DNA of 64,000 nt from positions 81,641 through 145,640 of the IMG/VR virus record IMGVR_UViG_3300023179_000021. One strand, written 5' to 3'. The translations under genes and the position numbers were made by a program. This document shows positions 47,248 through 55,576 of the stretch, in pieces (positions within the stretch are counted from its first letter, which is position 1; each line of letters begins with the position of its first letter). The notes under the pieces are model-generated. The model had not been told where the DNA came from, ran no database searches, and saw only the letters and a list, made by a program, of their open reading frames with translations. This stretch comes from a virus.

Positions 47248-48249
47248 ATGAAAGCATTTATTACCGGTATAACCGGGCAAGACGGCTCTTATTTAGCGGA
47301 ACTTCTTTTAAATGAGGGCTATGATGTGCATGGCCTAATTAGGCGCACAAGTACATATAATTTTCAAAACATCGAACACATTCAATCAAAATTAAATCTT
47401 CATTACGGAGACTTATCGGACGCACCAAATATACACAACATTATTATGGACATTAAACCCAATGAAGTGTATAACCTTGCCGCACAATCACATGTTTCGG
47501 TTAGTTTTAAATTGCCTGCATATACTGCTGAAATAAATGGCATTGGTGTGCTTTATATACTTGAAGCAATACGAAAACTATCTGAATATCAAACCTGCAA
47601 ATTTTATCAAGCATCAACAAGTGAACTTTTTGGTAAAGTCCAACAAATTCCGCAAACAGAAAATACGCCATTTTACCCACGAAGTCCTTATGCTGTAGCG
47701 AAATTATACGGCTATTGGACTACAGTTAACTATCGTGAAAGTTATAATTTATTTGCATGTAATGGTATTTTGTTCAATCACGAAAGTCCACGAAGAGGTG
47801 TAAATTTTGTTACAAGAAAAATTACACATGGCTTAGTGAGAGCAATTCGCGGTGAAGGCCCCGTTCAATTAGGTAATTTAGATGCAAGAAGAGATTGGGG
47901 CCACGCAAAGGACTTTGTTGAAGCAATGTGGCTTATGCTTCAGCAATCAAAAGCCGATGATTATGTAATTGCAACGGGTGTTCAACGAAGCGTCCGCGAA
48001 TTTTGCGAAGTTGCCGCTAAGGTTTTAGGAAAAGAAATTAACTGGGTTGGTTCTGGGCTATTAGAACAAGGCTTAGATAAAATGTCTGGTAAAGTTCTCA
48101 TTGAAGTTTCAAAAAAGTTTTATAGACCAGCTGAAGTGAATACACTTTTAGGAAATTCAACGAGGGCGAGATCCATTTTACAGTGGGAACCAAAATATAA
48201 TTTTTATGATTTAGTGAAAGAAATGTGTAACGAAGAACTTAAAAATTGA
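47248..48249 (+). CDS. gmd: GDP-mannose 4,6-dehydratase
   Basis: ITGITGQDGSYL, NLAAQSHV, PRSPYAVAK, FNHESPRRG. Confidence 0.96.
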   Translation: MKAFITGITGQDGSYLAELLLNEGYDVHGLIRRTSTYNFQNIEHIQSKLNLHYGDLSDAPNIHNIIMDIKPNEVYNLAAQSHVSVSFKLPAYTAEINGIGVLYILEAIRKLSEYQTCKFYQASTSELFGKVQQIPQTENTPFYPRSPYAVAKLYGYWTTVNYRESYNLFACNGILFNHESPRRGVNFVTRKITHGLVRAIRGEGPVQLGNLDARRDWGHAKDFVEAMWLMLQQSKADDYVIATGVQRSVREFCEVAAKVLGKEINWVGSGLLEQGLDKMSGKVLIEVSKKFYRPAEVNTLLGNSTRARSILQWEPKYNFYDLVKEMCNEELKN

Positions 48250-48255
48250 ATAGAT

Positions 48256-49023
48256 ATGAAAATAGTATTAGCAACTGGTGGTTTTGATCCTCTTCATAGC
48301 GGCCACATTGATTATTTTAATGCAGCAAAAAACTATGGTGATATTTTAGTTGTAGGTATCAATAGTGATGCTTGGTTAACAAGAAAAAAAGGTCGTGCAT
48401 TCATGCCCTGGAATGAAAGATTTTCTATCATTTCAAATCTAAGCATGGTAAACAAAGTTACTGAATTCAATGATGATGCGAATAATAGCACTCATTGTAT
48501 TCAAAAATTATTAAAAGAGTTTCCAAATGATGAAATTATTTTTGTAAATGGCGGAGATCGTGATTATACAAATGTGCCAGAACAGACACAATTCAAAGAT
48601 AATTCTAGAGTTAAATTTGAATTTGGTGTAGGAGGAAATGATAAAAGAAATAGTAGTCGTTGGATTCTTGAAGAATGGAAAGCACCAAAAACAGAACGTG
48701 TTTGGGGGCACTATCGAGTAATTCATGAAACAGGTAAAAAATTTAAAGTAAAAGAATTAATTGTTGAACCGGGTAAAACTCTGAGTATGCAAAAACACGA
48801 AAACCGATCAGAATTTTGGTTTATTGCTGAAGGATATGCTACGGTTTATACAATGAATAACATCGGTACGGAAAAACTAATTGGTGTGTTCGGAGAGCAT
48901 CAGGACATTTGGATACCAAAACAAAGTTGGCATCGTCTAGAAAATGCAACAAAACAAACCTTACGTTTAATTGAACTTCAATATGGAGAGGAATGTTCAG
49001 AACTGGACATTATAAGACAATGA
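48256..49023 (+). CDS. cytidylyltransferase-like domain fused to a mannose-6-P isomerase-type cupin
   Basis: TGGFDPLHSGH, NGGDR; SMQKHENRSEFW, WHRLEN. Confidence 0.8.
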   Translation: MKIVLATGGFDPLHSGHIDYFNAAKNYGDILVVGINSDAWLTRKKGRAFMPWNERFSIISNLSMVNKVTEFNDDANNSTHCIQKLLKEFPNDEIIFVNGGDRDYTNVPEQTQFKDNSRVKFEFGVGGNDKRNSSRWILEEWKAPKTERVWGHYRVIHETGKKFKVKELIVEPGKTLSMQKHENRSEFWFIAEGYATVYTMNNIGTEKLIGVFGEHQDIWIPKQSWHRLENATKQTLRLIELQYGEECSELDIIRQ

Positions 49024-49376
49024 TACAAATACCAATCAGTATTGGGGAATTGATTGACAAACTCACTATTCTTCAGATAAAATTACAACAGATTGATGAT
49101 CCTGAAAAATGGAAGAATGTAAAGAATGAGTGGGATATTCTATTCAGACTTCCTGAATACAAAGACGTTGCATATGAGATTGCACCATATTTCACCAATC
49201 TCTATGTTGTCAATATGGAACTATGGAAGATTGAAGATGATATTCGTGGATGCGAAAAAAATCAAAACTTTGATTTGAGATTTATTCAATTGGCAAGATC
49301 CGTTCTACACTGGAAACCAAAATATAATTTTTATGACTTAGTAAAAGAAATGTGCAATGAAGAGTTTAAAAAGTAG
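49020..49376 (+). CDS. DUF6165-like protein with a gmd-derived C-terminus (chimera)
   Basis: SIGELIDKLTILQIK, LWKIEDDIR; the last 26 aa copy the gmd tail. Confidence 0.7.
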   Translation: MIQIPISIGELIDKLTILQIKLQQIDDPEKWKNVKNEWDILFRLPEYKDVAYEIAPYFTNLYVVNMELWKIEDDIRGCEKNQNFDLRFIQLARSVLHWKPKYNFYDLVKEMCNEEFKK

Positions 49377-49395
49377 GTTTCGGGCGCAGTTTTTC

Positions 49396-49453
49396 GCAAA
49401 GGCTCTCTCGGAGATTAACCGTGGCCGTGCGGTCTTTTATGATTCTTGGTGGT
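49396..49453 (+). repeat. 58-bp direct repeat, copy 2 (non-coding remnant AKALSEINRGRAVFYDSWW*)
   Basis: Matches 47174-47231. Confidence 0.9.
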
Positions 49454-49512
49454 AATTTTAAAAAATCCATTGATTTCATAAATATTATTTTTATTTTCAT
49501 GGAATCAATAAA

Positions 49513-50061
49513 ATGAAAACATACAAAGAATTTGTACAAGAATCTTCATTGTCACGAGTACATTCGCATACACAAGGCCGAAATATAGGTATGATTACGG
49601 CCCATCGTGGAGAAAATACAGCCGAAGAAAATAATCGAAACAATGATTCTCTTAAAAAATCTATAAGAGATGCTGGTTATGGGTTTATTCCTGTCCGAGG
49701 CCGTTATATAGAAAACCATGGCACACCACAAGCTCGTCCTGTTGATGAAAAATCTTTTTTAGTTGTAGGTAAAAAGGGTGATGATAAAGGTGAACTTAAA
49801 AAATTTTTAATTAAACATGGCGAAAAACACGGCCAAGATTCAATTTTACATAAACCCCATGATGAAGAAAATGCTAAATTGCATGGAACTAAAGAGGGTG
49901 GATTTCCAGGTAAGGGGAAAACGCATGATGTTGGAAAATTTCATCCAAACCGTGCTTCTGAATTTCATACGGCCATGAAAGGTTCCAGAACATTTGCATT
50001 TGAATCATTTGAATTTTTAAATTCCGTTGGGTTTTTTTCACGGGAAGAAAAGTTATTTTAA
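49513..50061 (+). CDS. SAM lyase (T3 SAMase/Svi3-3-like) with capsid-targeting N-terminus
   Basis: ITAHR, GRYIE, DEKSF and GQDSIL motifs; MKTYKEFVQE start; CATAAATA at 49477. Confidence 0.7.
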   Translation: MKTYKEFVQESSLSRVHSHTQGRNIGMITAHRGENTAEENNRNNDSLKKSIRDAGYGFIPVRGRYIENHGTPQARPVDEKSFLVVGKKGDDKGELKKFLIKHGEKHGQDSILHKPHDEENAKLHGTKEGGFPGKGKTHDVGKFHPNRASEFHTAMKGSRTFAFESFEFLNSVGFFSREEKLF

Positions 50062-50065
50062 AAGT

Positions 50066-50133
50066 GTCGTAAAAAAGCAACAGTTGCCTACATACAACAC
50101 CGCCTTGACAATTGCCAGAAACCAGACTATAAT
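50066..50133 (+). promoter_or_regulatory. early sigma70 promoter with two boxes
   Basis: GTCG-N8-CAAC 50066; GTTG-N8-CAAC 50083; TTGACA-17-TATAAT. Confidence 0.8.
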
Positions 50134-50163
50134 TGATTCCATGATGATTGATAAGGATACGAA

Positions 50164-50442
50164 ATGAGAGTTAAGAGAATGATTGACGGCCTCGATAACG
50201 GCCAAAAGATTCGGGTGATTGTTGATGGCGTTGGTTTTCACACCACGGTCAAGGGTGCCTTTGATTTGGTTTTCTACCATCACCGTGTGGCTGCTGTTCA
50301 GGCACTCACCAGCCTGGCTCTTCAACGTATACTGGCTATGCAAGGTCATGGTCAAGTAACCACGAGCTTTGCCACCCGGTACGAAGTCCGCAAGGATGAC
50401 GGCAAATTAATTCCTGTTGATGTTCAAGTGGATTTGTACTAA
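50164..50442 (+). CDS. early hypothetical protein
   Basis: SD AAGGA downstream of the promoter. Confidence 0.65.
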   Translation: MRVKRMIDGLDNGQKIRVIVDGVGFHTTVKGAFDLVFYHHRVAAVQALTSLALQRILAMQGHGQVTTSFATRYEVRKDDGKLIPVDVQVDLY

Positions 50443-50443
50443 A

Positions 50444-50638
50444 ATGTATAGAACATTGTATTATGTGGCCTTGAACCACCTAAAAACCTTTTCCGACGGT
50501 GGCTGGCGTGATTATATAGCCACGCCAAGTCTAGGTAGGGCGAGGTACTATGCCAAAAAACTTAAACGAAAGTATAGGCAAATTGATGTTTATGAAAAAG
50601 GTAAGAAACCGTATGTGCTGCCCAGGAGCTGGTTATGA
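50444..50638 (+). CDS. early hypothetical protein
   Basis: MYRTLYYVA, coupled to neighbours. Confidence 0.5.
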   Translation: MYRTLYYVALNHLKTFSDGGWRDYIATPSLGRARYYAKKLKRKYRQIDVYEKGKKPYVLPRSWL

Positions 50639-50898
50639 ATAGCCAGGAAATTAGCGATGCCGTGTATGCCTACGCAAAAGGTCGTAGCGACTTTACAGCA
50701 CCCTATGGTGTTTTACAAGGTGAGCATGTCAATCGAAAAGGCACCAAGTTTAAGAGTGTGACTTTTGGCCGTGCTCGTACACTTGATGCTACAGTGGAAA
50801 TCTATAATAGGAATTTTATGATTCTTCGGTGTAGTGGTGTTGCTAACCGAGTATATGAAAATTATGATGATTTAATGGTCGCATTGCGGGAGCTATAA
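50635..50898 (+). CDS. early hypothetical protein
   Basis: ATGA overlap; SD CAGGAG. Confidence 0.6.
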   Translation: MNSQEISDAVYAYAKGRSDFTAPYGVLQGEHVNRKGTKFKSVTFGRARTLDATVEIYNRNFMILRCSGVANRVYENYDDLMVALREL

Positions 50899-51119
50899 TG
50901 ATGAACGAACGAATTCGAGAACTTGCTGAACAATGTTGGGATCAGCGATTAGATGGTCGGCATTTCGATCAGGAAATGTTCGCCGAGTTGATTTTGAAGG
51001 ATGTATTCGACCGCTTCGGTGATGAAATTTTGAGCTTACACTATCTTAAACAGGAATGTTGCCAAGATTCGGTGCATTTGCTGAAATCAAAAATACAAGA
51101 ACATTTTGGAGTTGAATAA
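50898..51119 (+). CDS. MNERIREL-family small phage protein
   Basis: MNERIREL...FAELI...EHFGVE. Confidence 0.65.
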   Translation: MMNERIRELAEQCWDQRLDGRHFDQEMFAELILKDVFDRFGDEILSLHYLKQECCQDSVHLLKSKIQEHFGVE

Positions 51120-51304
51120 TGAACGAACGAATCAGAGAATTGTATTTAAAATCTTTAAGTGACAATCAAGAATTCTGTTATCAGAAATTCGCCGAGTTGA
51201 TCGTTCTAGAAGTGTTAAATGTACAGGAAAACCTTATGGCTAATGGCCATAATGCCTGGCACCTACACAAACCTACTAAAAAACATTTTGGAATTGAAGA
51301 GTAA
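51119..51304 (+). CDS. MNERIREL-family paralogue
   Basis: MNERIREL...KFAELI...KHFGIEE. Confidence 0.65.
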   Translation: MNERIRELYLKSLSDNQEFCYQKFAELIVLEVLNVQENLMANGHNAWHLHKPTKKHFGIEE

Positions 51305-51317
51305 GAGCTATTGCCTT

Positions 51318-51367
51318 GTTGCAAAAAAACAACACGCCTTGACAATTTCCCACTTTCGGCATACCAT
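51318..51367 (+). promoter_or_regulatory. early sigma70 promoter with one box
   Basis: GTTG-N8-CAAC 51318; TTGACA-17-TACCAT. Confidence 0.78.
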
Positions 51368-51373
51368 TACTCC

Positions 51374-51571
51374 ATGATGAATAAGGAAACAATGATGACT
51401 GACAAAACGATTTTCGCCATTGAAGGTGTCGGTGAGTATGGGCTCGACGTTGACCATAGCCCTGGCAACGGTGGCTATTATGTTAAACTTTATGATGGTT
51501 CTTATGACGCTTCAGGCTTCTATACCGAAAAAGAAGCCCGTGAAGAGCTCGAGTACCTTACCAACCACTGA
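51374..51571 (+). CDS. early hypothetical protein
   Basis: Starts at the predicted TSS ATG or at the SD-led ATG 51392. Confidence 0.6.
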   Translation: MMNKETMMTDKTIFAIEGVGEYGLDVDHSPGNGGYYVKLYDGSYDASGFYTEKEAREELEYLTNH

Positions 51572-51580
51572 GATATAGCC

Positions 51581-51925
51581 ATGATTGATAACCACCTTAC
51601 CGATTACCTCACCGCCATACGCACCAGCTATGCCGACCACCATATCAAAATGAATAATGGTGCTGACGATACAACTAAGGCCATCCGTGCTGAAATGTAT
51701 GATGATTTTTGTGCCAACCTACGCTTTGAAGCGGGTAACAAGTATATAAAGATTATCACCAAGAATTCCGTACATAGCTTCATTGTGAACACCGATAAAG
51801 ACCGAGAGTTTAAGAGGGGTGATATACTGAAAGCCAATAGTTGGACAGCACCGGCCCGTAACTTTGCTCGAGGTAATATAGTGAAAAAGCAATATGGAAA
51901 TTTATCTTGGACCGGAGTAGCATAG
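51581..51925 (+). CDS. conserved phage early protein
   Basis: GNKYIKII, SVHSFIV, GDILKANSWTAPARNFARGNI. Confidence 0.7.
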   Translation: MIDNHLTDYLTAIRTSYADHHIKMNNGADDTTKAIRAEMYDDFCANLRFEAGNKYIKIITKNSVHSFIVNTDKDREFKRGDILKANSWTAPARNFARGNIVKKQYGNLSWTGVA

Positions 51926-51937
51926 TGGTGGTAATTG

Positions 51938-51970
51938 GGATAATGATTACTATTTGAGAATGATTCTTAA
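51938..51970. promoter_or_regulatory. two tandem Fur-box-like 7-1-7 elements
   Basis: GGATAAT-G-ATTACTA and TGAGAAT-G-ATTCTTA. Confidence 0.55.
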
Positions 51971-51987
51971 TTGGAAAAAACTATACC

Positions 51988-52082
51988 GTTGCGAAAAAAC
52001 AACACCTCACTGTTGCCGCAATACAACACCGAAAGTTGCGAAAAAACAACGTCTTGACAATTGCCCAAAATCAGACTATAAT
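51988..52082 (+). promoter_or_regulatory. early sigma70 promoter with three boxes
   Basis: GTTG-N8-CAAC at 51988, 52012 and 52035; TTGACA-17-TATAAT. Confidence 0.82.
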
Positions 52083-52089
52083 TGGTTCC

Positions 52090-52338
52090 ATGATGAATGA
52101 GGAAACGAAAATGATTGATTATGTTGCTGCCGAAGATGGTTGTATTGAATTTTATGCCGGTCTTGGTAACTTGGTTGTAAAGTCGAACGATATAGAAGTT
52201 TTAACGGCTGCTGTGAAGGCTGCTGGAGGCTTTGCTAAGAACCTGATGGCCTCGAGCTCTTGCGATTTTGCGGACGAGTATGGCTTCCCCACCCAAGGTG
52301 CCTTTGATGCTTTACTGATGGCTGCTCTGGAAGCCTAA
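52090..52338 (+). CDS. early hypothetical protein
   Basis: ATG at the predicted TSS, or SD-led ATG 52111. Confidence 0.6.
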   Translation: MMNEETKMIDYVAAEDGCIEFYAGLGNLVVKSNDIEVLTAAVKAAGGFAKNLMASSSCDFADEYGFPTQGAFDALLMAALEA

Positions 52339-52370
52339 GATTGCCTCTGGACTCTGAAAACCTGTATATA

Positions 52371-52562
52371 ATGACGGTGCTACCTATGATAAATGATACC
52401 GATTTAAACCTGCTGTGTGCTGAGATAGCCGCTGAGACCTTGAGCTGTTATACTGAGGACCTTTGTGATGATATGGAGGTGGAGCTTCTGGAGCTAAACA
52501 ACCCCCGCTACCATGGCCCAGATTATGATGAAGGCTGTGAGTTTGACCCGCTGTTGGGATAA
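52371..52562 (+). CDS. small acidic hypothetical protein
   Basis: Start uncertain. Confidence 0.4.
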   Translation: MTVLPMINDTDLNLLCAEIAAETLSCYTEDLCDDMEVELLELNNPRYHGPDYDEGCEFDPLLG

Positions 52563-52600
52563 AACAACAGGCTTGACAATTGCTCAGAAAAGCGTATAAT
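52553..52600 (+). promoter_or_regulatory. early sigma70 promoter with one box
   Basis: GTTG-N8-CAAC 52553; TTGACA-16-TATAAT. Confidence 0.75.
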
Positions 52601-52607
52601 TGGAAAC

Positions 52608-52790
52608 ATGATGAATAAGGAATTGATGATGTTTGTAGTAAGTACCCCCTCCGAGGTGGGCCACGAGGTCCTCTCCACTTTTACCTCCCTCGATGATGCT
52701 GTGGCTTTCGTCGATGGTAACCCCGCTCTGACCGTCACCGAGTGCAAATTGGTGGTTGGTCCGTTCGGTATGAAAATGATCCCCGTTTGA
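52608..52790 (+). CDS. early hypothetical protein
   Basis: Directly after the promoter. Confidence 0.6.
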   Translation: MMNKELMMFVVSTPSEVGHEVLSTFTSLDDAVAFVDGNPALTVTECKLVVGPFGMKMIPV

Positions 52791-52803
52791 AAGGAAATTG
52801 AAA

Positions 52804-53085
52804 ATGGCTGCTGTTGGTTCTCTCAATAATCTTAAAGACACCCTTGCTGCAAAGCGCACGGCTCTCAAAGCTCTGAAGGCTGAGGTCGCTGAATTGGCTG
52901 GTAAGGTCAAAACCTATACCGCTGACAATAAGGCCATCAAGGCTGCGGCTCGAGCTGATCGAAAGGCTGCTAAAATTGCGGCTCTGGAAGCCAAACTGAT
53001 GGCTCTGAAAATTGGCCCGGTCGGTGTGGTTGCCAAGAGGGCGGCTCGTAAGGCTGGTCCCGTAACCGTTGTGGAGGTTGTATAA
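52804..53085 (+). CDS. Lys/Ala-rich basic coiled-coil protein
   Basis: KAAARADRKAAKIAALEAKL; SD AAGGA. Confidence 0.65.
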   Translation: MAAVGSLNNLKDTLAAKRTALKALKAEVAELAGKVKTYTADNKAIKAAARADRKAAKIAALEAKLMALKIGPVGVVAKRAARKAGPVTVVEVV

Positions 53086-53291
53086 TGTGGAATCTTGAAG
53101 GCCTCACCGTGCGAGGCCTTTATATGGGCGAGTACCCGGTAAGTGGCCGGGTGGAGCTTTCAAGGGTCAAGTATGGCGGCGAAGTTCAGCACACCGTGGT
53201 TTTGGACAAGGCAATAAAGTTTCCGTGGCGAACAGAGCCCGCTGAGAGGCTGCTGCTGGAGCATAAGTATATCGAGCAGGTGCAAGGATGA
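53085..53291 (+). CDS. conserved small phage protein
   Basis: MWNLEG...SRVKYGG..HTVVLD. Confidence 0.65.
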   Translation: MWNLEGLTVRGLYMGEYPVSGRVELSRVKYGGEVQHTVVLDKAIKFPWRTEPAERLLLEHKYIEQVQG

Positions 53292-53473
53292 AACAAAAAC
53301 CAGTCCAAACCTATGTGAACGAAGACGGTATATTGGTCAAAGTTTATAAGGGTTTCCCAGCCCGAGCTGAAGAGAAAATGAACTACAATTTTAACCGCTA
53401 TAGTGTCGCCAACGTTGGACGGAAAGCTATGACGCTAACTAAGGCAGGCTTCGCAGGCCGTCACGTTATGTAG
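53288..53473 (+). CDS. hypothetical protein
   Basis: ATGA overlap. Confidence 0.55.
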   Translation: MKQKPVQTYVNEDGILVKVYKGFPARAEEKMNYNFNRYSVANVGRKAMTLTKAGFAGRHVM

Positions 53474-53670
53474 CGGGGCTACATATATTGGTATGGAAAC
53501 TAAATCTATATGGGGTTTAAGGATCCCTTACTGGGTGTCAAGGGATCCACTAAGGGATCCACTCACGCTCTCTATTTCTCTCTTTCAAAAAATCCGCCGG
53601 AGTCCAAAAGCCTCTGGAGTACGAGCTCCAAAAAAACCTCCGGATCCAAAATACACCAGGAGTACGAGCT
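53468..53670. repeat. non-coding repeat cluster (GGATCC x4, AAGGGATCCACT x2 tandem, GGAGTACGAGCT x2, spaced A-tracts)
   Basis: Directly visible; ATGTAGC-ggg-GCTACAT hairpin at the left edge. Confidence 0.75.
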
Positions 53671-53802
53671 ATGTGGGCTCTTAAAATCATAGCCATTGGT
53701 TTCTTTTCTTCTATTGGATGGTATGGTGCCGAGCGATTGGTCATTGAGCCCTACCTAAAGCCCAAAGAACATATCGAGGAGGTTAAAAATGGGAATGCTT
53801 GA
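53671..53802 (+). CDS. small membrane protein (43 aa)
   Basis: MWALKIIAIGFFSSIGWYGAERLVIEP. Confidence 0.45.
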   Translation: MWALKIIAIGFFSSIGWYGAERLVIEPYLKPKEHIEEVKNGNA

Positions 53803-54115
53803 CTATGTTTTATGGAATGGGTTTCGGTATCAATCCCGGACTACACCAGCACAATTTCTGTATGAATATAAAATACAAGCGGATATAGAAACTGGTTTGG
53901 TTTCTCTATGGGTAGAGGAACACGATAGCAACCCTCTACTGGACTATGATAAAATAAACCCTCGGTGGGTACTATGTGAGGACTTTACTGGTGAGGTTCG
54001 GTTTCACAGGAGCCTCGATAAATCCCATACCAAATGGGAGGAATATTCGGCCTATTTCGTTAAGGGTAGGTTGAGAGAGATAAACAGGTTGGATGACAAT
54101 GAAAATATGGGTTGA
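53789..54115 (+). CDS. conserved hypothetical protein
   Basis: MGMLDYV, YQSR, FTGEVRF, YSAYFVKG; SD GGAGG. Confidence 0.65.
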   Translation: MGMLDYVLWNGFRYQSRTTPAQFLYEYKIQADIETGLVSLWVEEHDSNPLLDYDKINPRWVLCEDFTGEVRFHRSLDKSHTKWEEYSAYFVKGRLREINRLDDNENMG

Positions 54116-54278
54116 CCCGCCCAGTGGATGGCGTTATGGATTTCCTAAGATATACAATACTGAAAGTGGAATGACTATCATGGAGTGGTTGGTATCTGAA
54201 GGTTACCCACAAAAGGAAATAGATTACTTGGGTCGTTTATTTTATATGAGACAATGGAAGGTTACAGAAAATGAATAA
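54093..54278 (+). CDS. conserved hypothetical protein
   Basis: DPPSGWRYGFPK...WLVSEGYP. Confidence 0.65.
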   Translation: MTMKIWVDPPSGWRYGFPKIYNTESGMTIMEWLVSEGYPQKEIDYLGRLFYMRQWKVTENE

Positions 54279-54612
54279 ATCAATTAAAGTGGTCATCAAT
54301 GCCGATTATGGCGGATTTTCTTTATCGGGAGAGGCCTATGCGATCATTGCAAAGGTCAACGGATGGACAAGGTGTACAAACGATTATGGTTACGATTACT
54401 TAATGGATGAAAAAGGAAATCGATTGGACTATTGGAAAATTCCACGAGACGATCCGGGGTTGATAGAGGCTGTTGAAACATTGGGTTCCGAAGACGCCGG
54501 TGGAGAACATTCAACACTAAAAATCGTGGAGGTTCCCGAGGACATTAATTGGTATATTGCAGAATATGATGGAAATGAATGGGTAGCCGAAAGGCATCGA
54601 ACATGGAAATAA
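54271..54612 (+). CDS. conserved hypothetical protein
   Basis: KVVINADYGGFSLS, RDDPGLIEAVE, EYDGNEWVAE. Confidence 0.7.
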   Translation: MNKSIKVVINADYGGFSLSGEAYAIIAKVNGWTRCTNDYGYDYLMDEKGNRLDYWKIPRDDPGLIEAVETLGSEDAGGEHSTLKIVEVPEDINWYIAEYDGNEWVAERHRTWK

Positions 54613-54803
54613 ACATACATAAACTGGCAAAGAAGCACCTCTATACGATTGAAGGTTCACCGTTCTGGGAGGCAGCAGGTTATAAAGAGTTTGCCGAAGA
54701 GATTATTGAGGAGTGTGCCAAGGTCGTGGATCATATTTCCATGAGCGGCGGTGAAACCATTGGAAATTTAATACGAAAAAAGTTTACACTCAATGAAAAC
54801 TAA
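54603..54803 (+). CDS. hypothetical protein (FAE.II.EC family)
   Basis: EFAEEIIEECA. Confidence 0.55.
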   Translation: MEINIHKLAKKHLYTIEGSPFWEAAGYKEFAEEIIEECAKVVDHISMSGGETIGNLIRKKFTLNEN

Positions 54804-55431
54804 ATTAGCACTTTTCAATCATCACCCCGAATGTAGCATTGATTGTTGCAATGGTATGGTTGAGGCGCTTTCTTCGGATTATCGAGTGGATTTATTTACG
54901 CAGCATCAATTCAATAAGGTCATACTCAAGGACTATGCGGCTGTCATGTTTCCTGGAGGGATTGGAGACTCTCATACACATTATAATTTTTTCACCCGCC
55001 GGCAAGGTAATATGTTGGCTGAGTATGTGGAGGCTGGTGGCAAGTATATCGGTATTTGTATGGGTGCTTACTGGGCAGGTCCTTGGTACTTTGATTTATT
55101 GGAAGGCATTGATGTTGTTCAATACATTAAAAGGCCTGGAGCCGAAATTAAAAGGTCCTACGCCACGGTAGCCAATGTGGTGTGGGGTGATGAATCGGAG
55201 AATGTTTTTTTCTATGATGGTTGCACATTCATTGGAAAGAATGAAGCCTTTGAAACGGTGGCCTGGTATGCCAATGGCGATCCCATGGCTATCGTACAAG
55301 GAAATATTGGACTGATTGGTTGTCATCCGGAGAGTCAGCAATACTGGTATGATCGTAAATACTTAAAAAAGCATTGGCATGAAAAGAAGCATCATGTACT
55401 GTTAAAAAACTTTGTGAATAATTTACTATGA
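54793..55431 (+). CDS. BPL_N-like class I glutamine amidotransferase-fold protein
   Basis: FPGG, YIGICMGAY, GCHPE triad. Confidence 0.8.
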   Translation: MKTKLALFNHHPECSIDCCNGMVEALSSDYRVDLFTQHQFNKVILKDYAAVMFPGGIGDSHTHYNFFTRRQGNMLAEYVEAGGKYIGICMGAYWAGPWYFDLLEGIDVVQYIKRPGAEIKRSYATVANVVWGDESENVFFYDGCTFIGKNEAFETVAWYANGDPMAIVQGNIGLIGCHPESQQYWYDRKYLKKHWHEKKHHVLLKNFVNNLL

Positions 55432-55576
55432 ATACACTTTGGCTTCTTTTAAATATATTTTTTGCGGCGTGGATGTATAAATCGGCCGATGATGAGCTCT
55501 ACGAAAAAAGTAAATTCGTTTGGTTTTTGTTTTTGTTTACTTCAGCATGGAATGGAGCTTCAATAGCAAAGGCCTT

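Noticed and set aside
47174-49453. Diversity-generating retroelement TR/VR pair or IS element
   Set aside because: No reverse transcriptase or transposase; differences between repeat copies are not adenine-specific
53493-53744. Three overlapping 60-64 aa ORFs
   Set aside because: They span the repeat island in several frames with no recognisable protein features; likely spurious
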